Part shown: in pieces, positions 53,221 through 62,145 of the stretch | Position numbering within the stretch: the stretch's first letter is position 1 | Layout of the letters: each line of letters opens with the position of its first letter | Source: Thalassobaculaceae bacterium | Lineage (GTDB): Bacteria > Pseudomonadota > Alphaproteobacteria > Thalassobaculales > Thalassobaculaceae | Assembly: GCA_029212785.1 (NCBI GenBank) | Contig: JARGOG010000024.1 | Location: forward strand, 41 to 64,040 | Length of the DNA: 64,000 nucleotides | Direction of reading: 5' to 3' | Notes under the pieces: generated by a model | Seen by the model: only the letters and a program-made list of their open reading frames with translations | Database searches by the model: none | Told to the model about the DNA's origin: nothing | Position numbers and translations under genes: made by a program

Positions 53221-54521
53221 TCCACCGTCGGCCGTGTACCGGGCACCGGCGTTTCCGGTGGCGCGCCGGGAAAGCCGTCAGCCTGCGCCGTGGAGGCGAA
53301 ACTCGGCAGGTTCCGCGTCCTCACCCGGTCGATCAGCTCCAGGTGCTGCGGAAGGCAGACCGTCTCCAGATCATAGGTCTTGACCGCGAAGTCGCGCGCG
53401 GCGGCGCCCAGCCGGGCTCGACGGGCCGGATCGTCGAGCAGGTCGCAGATCCGCGCGCACAACGCCTGGTGGTCAAAGAAGTCGACCAGAACCCCGGTCT
53501 CGTCGTCGACGATGGCCTCCTTCAACGGCGGCGTATTGGACGCGACGATCGTGCAGCCGACCGACATGGATTCCAACAATGACCAGGACAGGACGAACGG
53601 GAAGGTCAGGTACATGTGCACGCGGCTGACCTGAAGAATCTGCAGATAGTGCGAGTACGGCACACGGCCCATGAAATGCACTCTGTCCGGGTCGAAGCTG
53701 ACCTCCGCCTGCATCTTTTCACGCCAACTCGGATAGTCGGAAGGCTTCGAGCCGTAGCTGGTATCGTCGCCACCGACGACGACGATCTGAGCATGCGGGC
53801 GCGCCTTCTGAATCAGCGGCAGCGCCTTCATGAACACGTCGAAGCCGCGATACCGTTCCAGATTCCGCGCGAGATAGGTCACCACCTCGTCATTTCGGGT
53901 CAGTACGGTGCCGTCCGGCATCGGGACCTGAACGGCGGCATTGGGCACGCAGACATTGGTCCGCACGCCGTCATGGATGATCGAGGTTCTTGACTGATAG
54001 GCGGCCGGGATCTGCTGCCATTGGAACCGTGTCGGCGTGATGTTCCAATCAGCCTCTTCCATCGACATGAGGAGATGGACATTCCGCATCCGCGTTCGAC
54101 AAAGCCGGTCGATATCGACCTCTTCACCGCCGAAGCCGACATCCGCGCCGGTGCCGTGATAGTAATACTCGGCGAAGTTCAGAACCGGAACATCCGGGTA
54201 CACGTCCTTCAGAAACAGACCTTCGCCCCAGCCCGAATGCACGCAGATGATATCGGGAACGAAGCCTTCCTCCTTCAGGCCGAGGCAGCTTCTAACAACC
54301 GCCTGACCGTACAACAGGTGTTCGTCGAGATTGCGCACATAGCGATGGGAGTCGGTTCGCGGCTCGCGCTGCAGGTCGTATCGGACCTTGCGGACACCGG
54401 GGATCTCGAGCTTCGGCCGTCGGGTGACGAACACGACCTCATTCTTCGGATCTTTGGCCAGATACTGGATCAGATGCGCGTATTGCGCCGGCATGTTCTG
54501 ATGAACAAACAAGAATCGCAC
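53217..54521 (-). CDS. Glycosyltransferase family 4 (GT-B, group 1)
   Basis: MRFLFVHQN start. C-terminal E-x7-E region: SWSLLESMSVGCTIVASNTPPLKEAI. Confidence 0.9.
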   Translation of the reverse strand: MRFLFVHQNMPAQYAHLIQYLAKDPKNEVVFVTRRPKLEIPGVRKVRYDLQREPRTDSHRYVRNLDEHLLYGQAVVRSCLGLKEEGFVPDIICVHSGWGEGLFLKDVYPDVPVLNFAEYYYHGTGADVGFGGEEVDIDRLCRTRMRNVHLLMSMEEADWNITPTRFQWQQIPAAYQSRTSIIHDGVRTNVCVPNAAVQVPMPDGTVLTRNDEVVTYLARNLERYRGFDVFMKALPLIQKARPHAQIVVVGGDDTSYGSKPSDYPSWREKMQAEVSFDPDRVHFMGRVPYSHYLQILQVSRVHMYLTFPFVLSWSLLESMSVGCTIVASNTPPLKEAIVDDETGVLVDFFDHQALCARICDLLDDPARRARLGAAARDFAVKTYDLETVCLPQHLELIDRVRTRNLPSFASTAQADGFPGAPPETPVPGTRPTVE

Positions 54522-54607
54522 GTCGCGCGCTCCGCATTCCCTGGATACCGGGGGGTTGCTTACAACCTAGCCCCTAGCGATGCAAACGGCAGAGCGGTTG
54601 GCGGTCC

Positions 54608-55888
54608 TCAAGACTTGTGGTCCGCCAATAATTCATCCCGCCACGCCGTGAGCCTGTCGACAATACGCGGCATGAAATCGTCCCATTCCTCGACCAGCTC
54701 GCGACGTTCCAAGCGCGTGTTCGGATACCAGCCGGTGGTCGCTCCGTTCTGCCCCCAGCGCCAGTCGGCGACCCAGTGAAGCAGCACCCAGCACGGTCGG
54801 TCCAGCGCCCCGGCAATATGCGCGACCGCGCTGTCGACCGTAATCACCAGATCAAGCTGGTCGATCAACCCCGCCGTATCGGCGAAATCATCGATATGGT
54901 CGCTGAGGCTGACGACGCGCGCATCCTGCTCGGCGTCCGCCGCGCCCTGACCGACCTGCAACGTGTAGAAGTCGATACCTTCGACATCGAAGAGCATTGC
55001 CATGGCGCTGAAGGGGCAGCTGCGCTGCTGATCGCGCTGGTGATTCGGGTTGCCGGCCCAACATACGCCAACCCGGGGCCGTCCTGGCGATACCGGAAGC
55101 CGGAACGGGTGCTCCGGTGGGTCGATATATCGACCCGGCGCCGGGAGCGACTCGGCGCGGGTTCCGAACCTGAACGGCAGGCTCATGATCATTTCGGCGG
55201 CATCCGCCATATTCGGTTTGATCCGGGTGACGGCATGCTTGACGCCTCGGGCCGCTCCGAGCAGTCGGGCGAGCGGCGGGGTGCAATAGACGATCACCTC
55301 GATCCCCGCCCGGCTCAGATCCGCCGCGTACCGCACGAACTGCACCGCGTCTCCCGCCCCCTGCTCGATCACGCAGACTACCGAAGAAGCGGATGACGGA
55401 TCGCCGTCCCACGCCGCCACGCCGTGATTGCCCAATTCCTCGAGCGCCTTCCAACGTGACCAGCGGCGCTCGTAAACCGCGAGCCCCTCCTCGTAGTTGC
55501 CGACAGTCAGAAGCTGCAACGCCGCAGCGACATCGATTCCGAAGTCGTTCGGCCGTGCGATCTGCGCCCGGCGGAACAGCTTGAGCGCCACTTCGTGGTT
55601 CCCGCGCATCCGGTTGGTGTTGCCGTGGTTGACCAGAAGCTCGGCCGACCCCGGCTCGATCAGCGCAACCAGTCTCATGTAATGGAGGGCACCGGTCACA
55701 TCGCCCAGGCGCGCCGACACCATCGCATGCTGATTCCAACCGCGCGGATCCATCGGCCGCGCGGATATAACCTTCCGCGCCCAGGCTTTCGCCAAGGTCA
55801 GCTTGCCGGACTCGATCAGTTGGGGGATGAGACGCAGCGCCTGATCGTAATCAAGGTCTCTTGAGGGAGAATCAGGTGTTTCCGCCAT
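54608..55888 (-). CDS. TPR-repeat / GT9-like glycosyltransferase fusion (copy 2)
   Basis: Trimmed to ATG 55886-55888 (MAETPDSPSRDLDYDQ), 4 nt after the upstream stop. GT9-like motifs EQGAGDAVQF and LVITVDSAVAHIAGALDRPCWVLL. Confidence 0.8.
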   Translation of the reverse strand: MAETPDSPSRDLDYDQALRLIPQLIESGKLTLAKAWARKVISARPMDPRGWNQHAMVSARLGDVTGALHYMRLVALIEPGSAELLVNHGNTNRMRGNHEVALKLFRRAQIARPNDFGIDVAAALQLLTVGNYEEGLAVYERRWSRWKALEELGNHGVAAWDGDPSSASSVVCVIEQGAGDAVQFVRYAADLSRAGIEVIVYCTPPLARLLGAARGVKHAVTRIKPNMADAAEMIMSLPFRFGTRAESLPAPGRYIDPPEHPFRLPVSPGRPRVGVCWAGNPNHQRDQQRSCPFSAMAMLFDVEGIDFYTLQVGQGAADAEQDARVVSLSDHIDDFADTAGLIDQLDLVITVDSAVAHIAGALDRPCWVLLHWVADWRWGQNGATTGWYPNTRLERRELVEEWDDFMPRIVDRLTAWRDELLADHKS

Positions 55889-55892
55889 CGGT

Positions 55893-56867
55893 CTATCTGG
55901 TGATTTCTCGAGTCCAGAATGACACCACGTCGCGCTCCATGCGCTCCAGCGTATAGTGCGAGGCCGTTTCAAGGCCGTGACGGACCTTGGAGTCGCCGCC
56001 ATCACCATCGAAGGCACGGATCGCCGCCGCCAGTCCGTCGGCCGCCGCGAACCAGTCCTCGGCACCGCACCAGATCCCGTTGTCTTCGGTCGCGTAGGAT
56101 CGGCCGCCGTCGCCCATGAAACCGACAACAATACAGCCGCTCGCCATCGCCTCGATCGGCGGCAGTCCGAATCCCTCCAACCGGCTCATGGCCAGAAACA
56201 CCGCGCTCTCCGCGAGAATCTCGGCGGTCTCGCCTTCGGTCATCCCGTCGATGACCACCACGGGCACGTCGGCGAGCTGCGGATGCGTTCGCTGAAATGT
56301 CTCTACGATGAAGTTGGCTTCAATGCGCATCTTGCGCGGCATCAGTGCGATCTGGCGCTTTTTCTGCGCCGGACGGAACCGGGTGTGATCAATGCCGTTG
56401 TGGATAATCGGCACATCCGCGACCTGGAATGTCCGCTTGATGTAATCGGCGATCACTTCGCTGCAACTGAACACGCCATGCAGACCGCGGTCCTCGAAGC
56501 TCTTCCGGGGGCCAAGGCCATGGTAGAGATAGAAATGGTTCTGGCAGAACATGAGGCGGCGGACGTCGAACCGCTCCAGCTTCTTCAACTGGTCGCCCCA
56601 CGGCTCCGGGATCACGAAGATGTCCCCGGCCTTCAAGGCAAACGACGGTCCTAGAACGTCGTAAGGGATATCCTCTTCGAAGAACGAATCCCTGTTGTTG
56701 TCGACCAGCACGATCCGCGCGTCGAACCCGTTGCGGTTCAGCATGGCCACATGATGGTGCGCAATGCGCACTCCGCCGAGCGGATAGCCGAAATGTTTCG
56801 ACAGATACAGGATACGGCGCCCGCGCCGTGCTGCCGCACCGGCCCCGGTTTCTGACATGGACATCAC
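55893..56867 (-). CDS. Glycosyltransferase, GT4-like (GT-B)
   Basis: C-terminal MSRLEGFGLPPIEAMASGCIVVG motif. 324 aa. Starts 4 nt after the HlyD stop. Confidence 0.8.
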   Translation of the reverse strand: MMSMSETGAGAAARRGRRILYLSKHFGYPLGGVRIAHHHVAMLNRNGFDARIVLVDNNRDSFFEEDIPYDVLGPSFALKAGDIFVIPEPWGDQLKKLERFDVRRLMFCQNHFYLYHGLGPRKSFEDRGLHGVFSCSEVIADYIKRTFQVADVPIIHNGIDHTRFRPAQKKRQIALMPRKMRIEANFIVETFQRTHPQLADVPVVVIDGMTEGETAEILAESAVFLAMSRLEGFGLPPIEAMASGCIVVGFMGDGGRSYATEDNGIWCGAEDWFAAADGLAAAIRAFDGDGGDSKVRHGLETASHYTLERMERDVVSFWTREITR

Positions 56868-56871
56868 GCGA

Positions 56872-58254
56872 TCAGGGCTCTCGTAGGGCTTTCTGGAAGC
56901 TGCGAATCAGCGGGTCCATCAGATAGGTCAACAGCGTACGCTCGCCAACTCCCAACAGGGCCATTGCCGGCATGCCCGAAACAAGATGCTGCCCTTCCAG
57001 GATGTGATCCAGGGAGTCCTTATTCAGACGGATGTCGACGCGATAATACGGCGATCCCTTGTCGGACTGGATCACATCCGGCGACACCTGGATCAGTTCG
57101 CCTTCGACCGGGTGGGTGAAGCGCTGGCTGAACGCCGTCAGCCGAACCGTCACCTTCAGATGCTCGATGTCCTTGGTGAGCGAATCGATATCCTTGGGGT
57201 TCACCCGAGCGATGACCACCAGTTCCTCATCGTCCGGAACGATTTCCATCAACACCTGGCCGCCGCTGATGACCGCCCCTTTGGTGTTCACGGCCAGCCG
57301 CAGAACACGTCCGCTCTCCGGCGCCCGGATGTCGAGTTGATCGAACATCTGCTCCGTCACCGGCAACTGCTGCCCGGATTCGCGGATTTGCCGGGCGACG
57401 GCATCCAACTGCGTCGCGACCTGGGCTTCCTGTTGCCGTCCAGACTGAAGGATGCGGATGTCCAACTCGCTCAAGCGCTGCCGCATGCCGGCGATGTCGC
57501 CGACGAGCATACTGCGCGAGCCCTTGAGGCTGGCCCTGGTTCGCTCCAATGCCCGTACGCGGGACAGCCGCTCAAGCCCCTTGGCGTAGAGTTCCTGTAC
57601 GTTCACCAGCTCTTCATCAATGAGCCGGATCTCCTCGTCGAGCGACGCCAGGCGTTCCTGCGATGCTCCAATCCCCGTCCTGGTCTGAGCCATGAGCTCA
57701 TGAATGAGTTCGACCTCCCCCCCGCGCGCCGCCATTCTGGACGCGAGCAGAGATTGCTCCGACTCGATCATTTCCATGATTGTGGGGTCATCCGCACGGT
57801 CGAGGATCTCCGGCGGGAGTTCCATGCTGTCCTCGCCCCTGCGCTCCGCCTCTAGGCGGGCCTGGGTAATGAGTCCCCCGAAATACCGCTTGCGCAGGAT
57901 CTCACGCTCCGCATTCCCGCGCGTCGGGTCAAGTACGATCAGCTTGTCCCCTTTGTGGACATGTTGACCTTCGCGCACGAGCAACTCTTTGATCATCCCT
58001 CCGGACGGGTGCTGGACGATGCGCGGCTCACGGTCGACCCGGATCGTACCCGCCGCAATCACGGAGCTCTGCAACGGCGCCAGGGCGGCGAAAGCGCCGA
58101 ACACGCCGAAAAACAAGAACATGATCGAATAGCCAAGCGCCATGCCCCGATGCCATTTCGGCACGGCGGAAGCAGCAATCGACTCGTACGGATCCAGGTC
58201 GATCAGCCCGCCCTGGCGTTTTGGCACCAATCCGCCCTGTTCAACGATGCTCAT
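56872..58254 (-). CDS. HlyD family type I secretion periplasmic adaptor
   Basis: One N-terminal TM segment, a long coiled-coil middle and a C-terminal beta domain. Family-typical VVSGMPAMALL-like LVSGMPAMALLGVGERTLLTYL. Its ATG overlaps the ABC gene stop (TGATG). Confidence 0.9.
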   Translation of the reverse strand: MSIVEQGGLVPKRQGGLIDLDPYESIAASAVPKWHRGMALGYSIMFLFFGVFGAFAALAPLQSSVIAAGTIRVDREPRIVQHPSGGMIKELLVREGQHVHKGDKLIVLDPTRGNAEREILRKRYFGGLITQARLEAERRGEDSMELPPEILDRADDPTIMEMIESEQSLLASRMAARGGEVELIHELMAQTRTGIGASQERLASLDEEIRLIDEELVNVQELYAKGLERLSRVRALERTRASLKGSRSMLVGDIAGMRQRLSELDIRILQSGRQQEAQVATQLDAVARQIRESGQQLPVTEQMFDQLDIRAPESGRVLRLAVNTKGAVISGGQVLMEIVPDDEELVVIARVNPKDIDSLTKDIEHLKVTVRLTAFSQRFTHPVEGELIQVSPDVIQSDKGSPYYRVDIRLNKDSLDHILEGQHLVSGMPAMALLGVGERTLLTYLMDPLIRSFQKALREP

Positions 58255-60011
58255 CAGCTTCTCCCGGCGATCTTCGGTTCCTGGTCGCGGGCGGCAACCT
58301 GCGGCTGGGGCTTCGTCGGCACCGGCGTAATCACGGAATCCCGCGGCGCGAACTTCTGAACCACACCGTCTCGCAGCACCAGGACCTTGTCGACATGCTG
58401 CAGGACGTTGATGCGATGGGCGATCAGGAACACACTCGTTCCCTGCTCCTTCATCGCGTGCAGCGTGTTCTTCAGCGCCTCCTCACCCTCGCTGTCGAGG
58501 TTTGAGTTCGGTTCGTCCAGAATCAGGACCAGCGGGTCGCGATACAGAGCCCGGGCAAGCGCGATACGCTGTCTCTGCCCTCCCGACATCAGCGTGCCGG
58601 CGTCACCGACCGGCGTATCGTACTCCTTCGGCATTTGCTGGATGATTTCGTGCAGTCCAGCGAGTTTCGCGGCACGGATGATCGCCTCGGCATCGGGATC
58701 TTCTTCCAGGCGGCTGATGTTGTCCCGCACCGTCCCGTCGAACAATTCGACACTCTGAGGCAGATATCCGAAATACCGGCCGAGATCCTCCGCCGGCCAG
58801 GAATAGACGTCGGTGCCATCCAGGCGGACGGCGCCGGCCGTAGGGCCGATCAGACCGACCATGATCGACGCCAGCGTGGTTTTGCCGGCCCCCGACGGGC
58901 CGATGACGCCAATAACCTCACCCGGCATGATCTCGAACGTGACATTGGAGAGGATCGGACGGCTCATTTTGTCCAGATCGTAGGTCACGCCCTCGATCGT
59001 CAAATGCCCCGTGGGCCGCGGCGGGACAACGGTCAGGCGCGGCTTCTCCGCGACCTCACTCAACGCCTTCTCGACACTGCGGTACGCGGCGCGGGCATCG
59101 AGCAGATTCCGGTAGCTGCCGATCAGCGATTCGAGCGGCATCAGTGCACGGCCGACCAAGATCACGGACCCCATGATGACGCCCGGCGACATCGTGCTGC
59201 CCGGCTGGATCATCTGGATCACCGCCACGGTCATGATGCCGATCTGGACCACCATGCGGCCCCATTTTGTGATGGCGCCGATGATGGCCGCCCGCCGAGA
59301 GGCCACACCAACGTGGTACCGGCCCTCTTCACTGTCGCTATACCACCGGCGGACGATGGTGGGCGTCATGCCCATCGCTTCGACCACTTCGGCGTTGCGC
59401 GCGGCCACATAGGCCAGTTTCGTCGCCGGCCTCAACGATTTTTCGGCCTTGGCAATCGGCGCCTTGGACCAGCGGTCGTTGACGATGGCGAGAGTGAACA
59501 GGAAAATGGCACCGATCAGCGCGACCACGCCGACCCAGAAGTTCAGCAGGAACAAGATTCCGCAGAACAGTGGGATCCAGGGGATATCCAGGACGTTGAA
59601 GATCGATTGGCTGGTCAGGAACGTCTTGACCTGATCGAAGCTTCCAAGCACCTGGGCCGAACGCTGTACACCGCGTTGCATCGACCTGGAGATCGACAGA
59701 TCCAGCAACCGCGCGCCGAGTTTTCGGTCCAGATAGTCGCCGACCTCGATCAGCGTGAAACTGCGCGCGATATCCACACCGGCTTGCACGCCGAAAGCTA
59801 TGAAGGCCATCGCGAAGAGCATGCCCAGTGTCGCCATGCTGTAACTCGACAGCACCTTGTCGAACACCGAGAACATGTAGATCGGCAGAGTCAGGATCAT
59901 GGAATTGACCACGAAACTGAACAGGAAGATGGCAACGAAGGCGCCCTTGCATGCCGAAAAGGCTTCATGCAGGGCGTCTTTACTCGCCACGTGTTTGCGC
60001 AAACCACTCAT
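58254..60011 (-). CDS. Type I secretion system permease/ATPase, PrtD/HasD class (no N-terminal C39/CLD domain)
   Basis: 585 aa; the TM domain begins within ~25 residues. Walker A GPSGAGKTT, signature LSGGQRQRIALARAL, Walker B LILDEPNSNLD. Confidence 0.9.
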   Translation of the reverse strand: MSGLRKHVASKDALHEAFSACKGAFVAIFLFSFVVNSMILTLPIYMFSVFDKVLSSYSMATLGMLFAMAFIAFGVQAGVDIARSFTLIEVGDYLDRKLGARLLDLSISRSMQRGVQRSAQVLGSFDQVKTFLTSQSIFNVLDIPWIPLFCGILFLLNFWVGVVALIGAIFLFTLAIVNDRWSKAPIAKAEKSLRPATKLAYVAARNAEVVEAMGMTPTIVRRWYSDSEEGRYHVGVASRRAAIIGAITKWGRMVVQIGIMTVAVIQMIQPGSTMSPGVIMGSVILVGRALMPLESLIGSYRNLLDARAAYRSVEKALSEVAEKPRLTVVPPRPTGHLTIEGVTYDLDKMSRPILSNVTFEIMPGEVIGVIGPSGAGKTTLASIMVGLIGPTAGAVRLDGTDVYSWPAEDLGRYFGYLPQSVELFDGTVRDNISRLEEDPDAEAIIRAAKLAGLHEIIQQMPKEYDTPVGDAGTLMSGGQRQRIALARALYRDPLVLILDEPNSNLDSEGEEALKNTLHAMKEQGTSVFLIAHRINVLQHVDKVLVLRDGVVQKFAPRDSVITPVPTKPQPQVAARDQEPKIAGRS

Positions 60012-60117
60012 CTACGTATCCATCGCTCGGGCCGCTTGGCTCCACAGATCGTGTTTCCCGTCAGCGTTTGACCGTCGGTTGACGATCCGCTAAAGCGGGG
60101 CATCCACAGCTTCTTAT

Positions 60118-60873
60118 GTGACATCAATGTCAAAGCAAGACCAGTGCGACAAACCGTTCAAGGTCTTCGTCGGGTATGACACACGCGAGGACATTGCCTA
60201 CCAAGTTTGTCGAAGTTCCATGCTGCGTCACACGTCGATCAGTCTCGATATTGAACCGATCGTTCAGGAAAATCTGCGCTCTCATGGCCTCTACTGGCGG
60301 GAACGCGACCCGCTAGCATCGACTGAGTTCACCTATACGCGGTTTCTTACACCCTACCTCGCTGGCTATCAAGGATGGGCTCTGTTTTGCGACTGCGACT
60401 TTTTGTGGCTCGGCGATGTCGCTCAACTCATTGAAAAAGCGGATCCTTCCAAGGCCGTCCTGTGTGTCCACCACGACCATCGCCCGGTCGAAGGGACGAA
60501 AATGGATGGCGCCGTGCAGACGAGCTACCCGCGCAAGAACTGGTCGAGCCTGATGCTGCTGAATTGTGGTCATCCAGCCGCCCGGCGGCTGACGCCCGAG
60601 ATCGTAAACACCGAATCGGGTGCCTACCTCCATCGCCTGCAATGGGCGGACGACAAAATCATCGGTGAAGTGTCGTCGACCTGGAACTGGCTGGAGGGCA
60701 GCATGCCGATGCCGGAGATCGGCACACCGAACGTCGTTCACTACACCCGTGGCGGCCCGTGGTTCGACGGCTGGCAGGACGTGGACTACGGCGATCTCTG
60801 GATCGCTGAGCGGGACCGCTATCTGGCGGAACAGAATACTGCCGCCGCTCTAGCTGTAACGAACCGACTGTAG
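60118..60873 (+). CDS. Putative GT-A fold glycosyltransferase with DxD motif (GT8-like)
   Basis: FKVFVGYDTREDIAYQV N-terminus and FCDCDFLW (DxD), which I recall from small GT8-like transferases. GTG 60118 or ATG 60127 start. Divergent from the T1SS genes. Confidence 0.6.
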   Translation: MTSMSKQDQCDKPFKVFVGYDTREDIAYQVCRSSMLRHTSISLDIEPIVQENLRSHGLYWRERDPLASTEFTYTRFLTPYLAGYQGWALFCDCDFLWLGDVAQLIEKADPSKAVLCVHHDHRPVEGTKMDGAVQTSYPRKNWSSLMLLNCGHPAARRLTPEIVNTESGAYLHRLQWADDKIIGEVSSTWNWLEGSMPMPEIGTPNVVHYTRGGPWFDGWQDVDYGDLWIAERDRYLAEQNTAAALAVTNRL

Positions 60874-60908
60874 CCTGCCCTTTTCTCTCTGAACGCCGGA
60901 GTGCACCT

Positions 60909-62129
60909 ATGAAGAAGGTCCTGATCATCGGCGGTGGTTTCGCCGGATGCGCCGCCGCCCACCAGATGTCCCTGATCGGCGGTTGGGAGATCGATCTGGT
61001 CGAGCGCGCGCCATTCCTCGGCGGCGGCGTCAAGACCCATTGGCGCGGAGGCCACCCGTTCACCTTCGGCCCGCGGCACTTCCTGACGCCGATGCCGGAG
61101 TTGTTCGACTACCTCAATGCGATCGTGCCCATGCGTAAGCTGGATCACGAGTTCATCACCTATATCGAGGCGGATCGGAACTACTATACCTTCCCGATCC
61201 ACAAGGACGACATTCCGCGCATGCCGGAGCGCGAGCAGATCGAGACCGAGCTCGCCAAGGCGCAGGAACTCAAAGGCTGGGGCGCCGCCAAGAACTTCGA
61301 GGAGTACTGGATCTCCTCGATCGGCGAGACGCTGTACGGCAAGATGGTCGACAAATATTCGCGCAAGATGTGGCAGGTCGAGAGCAACGCGATGCTCGAC
61401 GACTTCGGCTGGTCGCCGAAAGGCGTCGCCATCAAGGAAGGCCCGCGCGAGGGCTGGGATACGGCGATCAGCGCCTATCCGCTGGCGCCGGACGGATACG
61501 ACCACTATTTCGACGTCGCCACCGCCGACGTCAACGTCAAGCTGAAGACCGAGATCGAGGCATTCGACATGCCGAAGAAGCGGGTTCAGATCGCCGGCGA
61601 CTGGCACAGCTACGACGTCATCATCAATACCGTCTCACCGGACATGCTGCTGAACTACGCTTATGGCGAACTGCCGTATGTCGGGCGTGAGTTCATGACC
61701 ATCGTGCTGCCGATCGAGCATGCCTTCCCGGACAAGACCTACTTCACCTACTATGCCGGCGACGAGCCATATACCCGGATCGTCGAGTACAAGAAGTTCA
61801 CGCAGCACAAATCGCCGTCGACCCTGCTTGGCATCGAGATCCCGAGCCATAAGAACAAGCTCTATCCGCTACCCATCAAGAAGCACATCCAGAACGCCTA
61901 TCGCTACTTCGACGATCTGCCGAAAGGCGTGGTCTCGATGGGGCGGGCCGGCAGCTACAAGTACATCGACATCGACGATATCATCTGGCAGGCGATGAAG
62001 ATGGCCGAGCAGCTGAAGGACGGCGATCTCGACCACCCGGTCCCGGTCTACGGCGCCGACCAGTCGGCACCGAACCTGTTGACCAAGACCATGGTGGATG
62101 AGGGGATCGTGCCCAACGGCGTCGGCTGA
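60909..62129 (+). CDS. glf: UDP-galactopyranose mutase-like flavoenzyme (pyranose/furanose mutase)
   Basis: FAD motif VLIIGGGFAGCAAA...ERAPFLGG. Collinear with E. coli Glf as I remember it: GETLYGKMVDKYSRKMW vs GEDLYQALIKGYTEKQW, PYTRIVEYKKF vs PYTRIIEHKHF, GRAGSYKYIDIDD vs GRLAEYKYYDMHQ. GGAG 8 nt upstream of the ATG. Confidence 0.8.
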   Translation: MKKVLIIGGGFAGCAAAHQMSLIGGWEIDLVERAPFLGGGVKTHWRGGHPFTFGPRHFLTPMPELFDYLNAIVPMRKLDHEFITYIEADRNYYTFPIHKDDIPRMPEREQIETELAKAQELKGWGAAKNFEEYWISSIGETLYGKMVDKYSRKMWQVESNAMLDDFGWSPKGVAIKEGPREGWDTAISAYPLAPDGYDHYFDVATADVNVKLKTEIEAFDMPKKRVQIAGDWHSYDVIINTVSPDMLLNYAYGELPYVGREFMTIVLPIEHAFPDKTYFTYYAGDEPYTRIVEYKKFTQHKSPSTLLGIEIPSHKNKLYPLPIKKHIQNAYRYFDDLPKGVVSMGRAGSYKYIDIDDIIWQAMKMAEQLKDGDLDHPVPVYGADQSAPNLLTKTMVDEGIVPNGVG

Positions 62130-62145
62130 CGCATTGCCCGCGCGC

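Noticed and set aside
58635-60071. 478-aa plus-strand ORF opposite the T1SS ABC gene.
   Set aside because: The minus-strand product has Walker A/B and ABC signature motifs. The plus-strand product is low-complexity (R/D/H/G).
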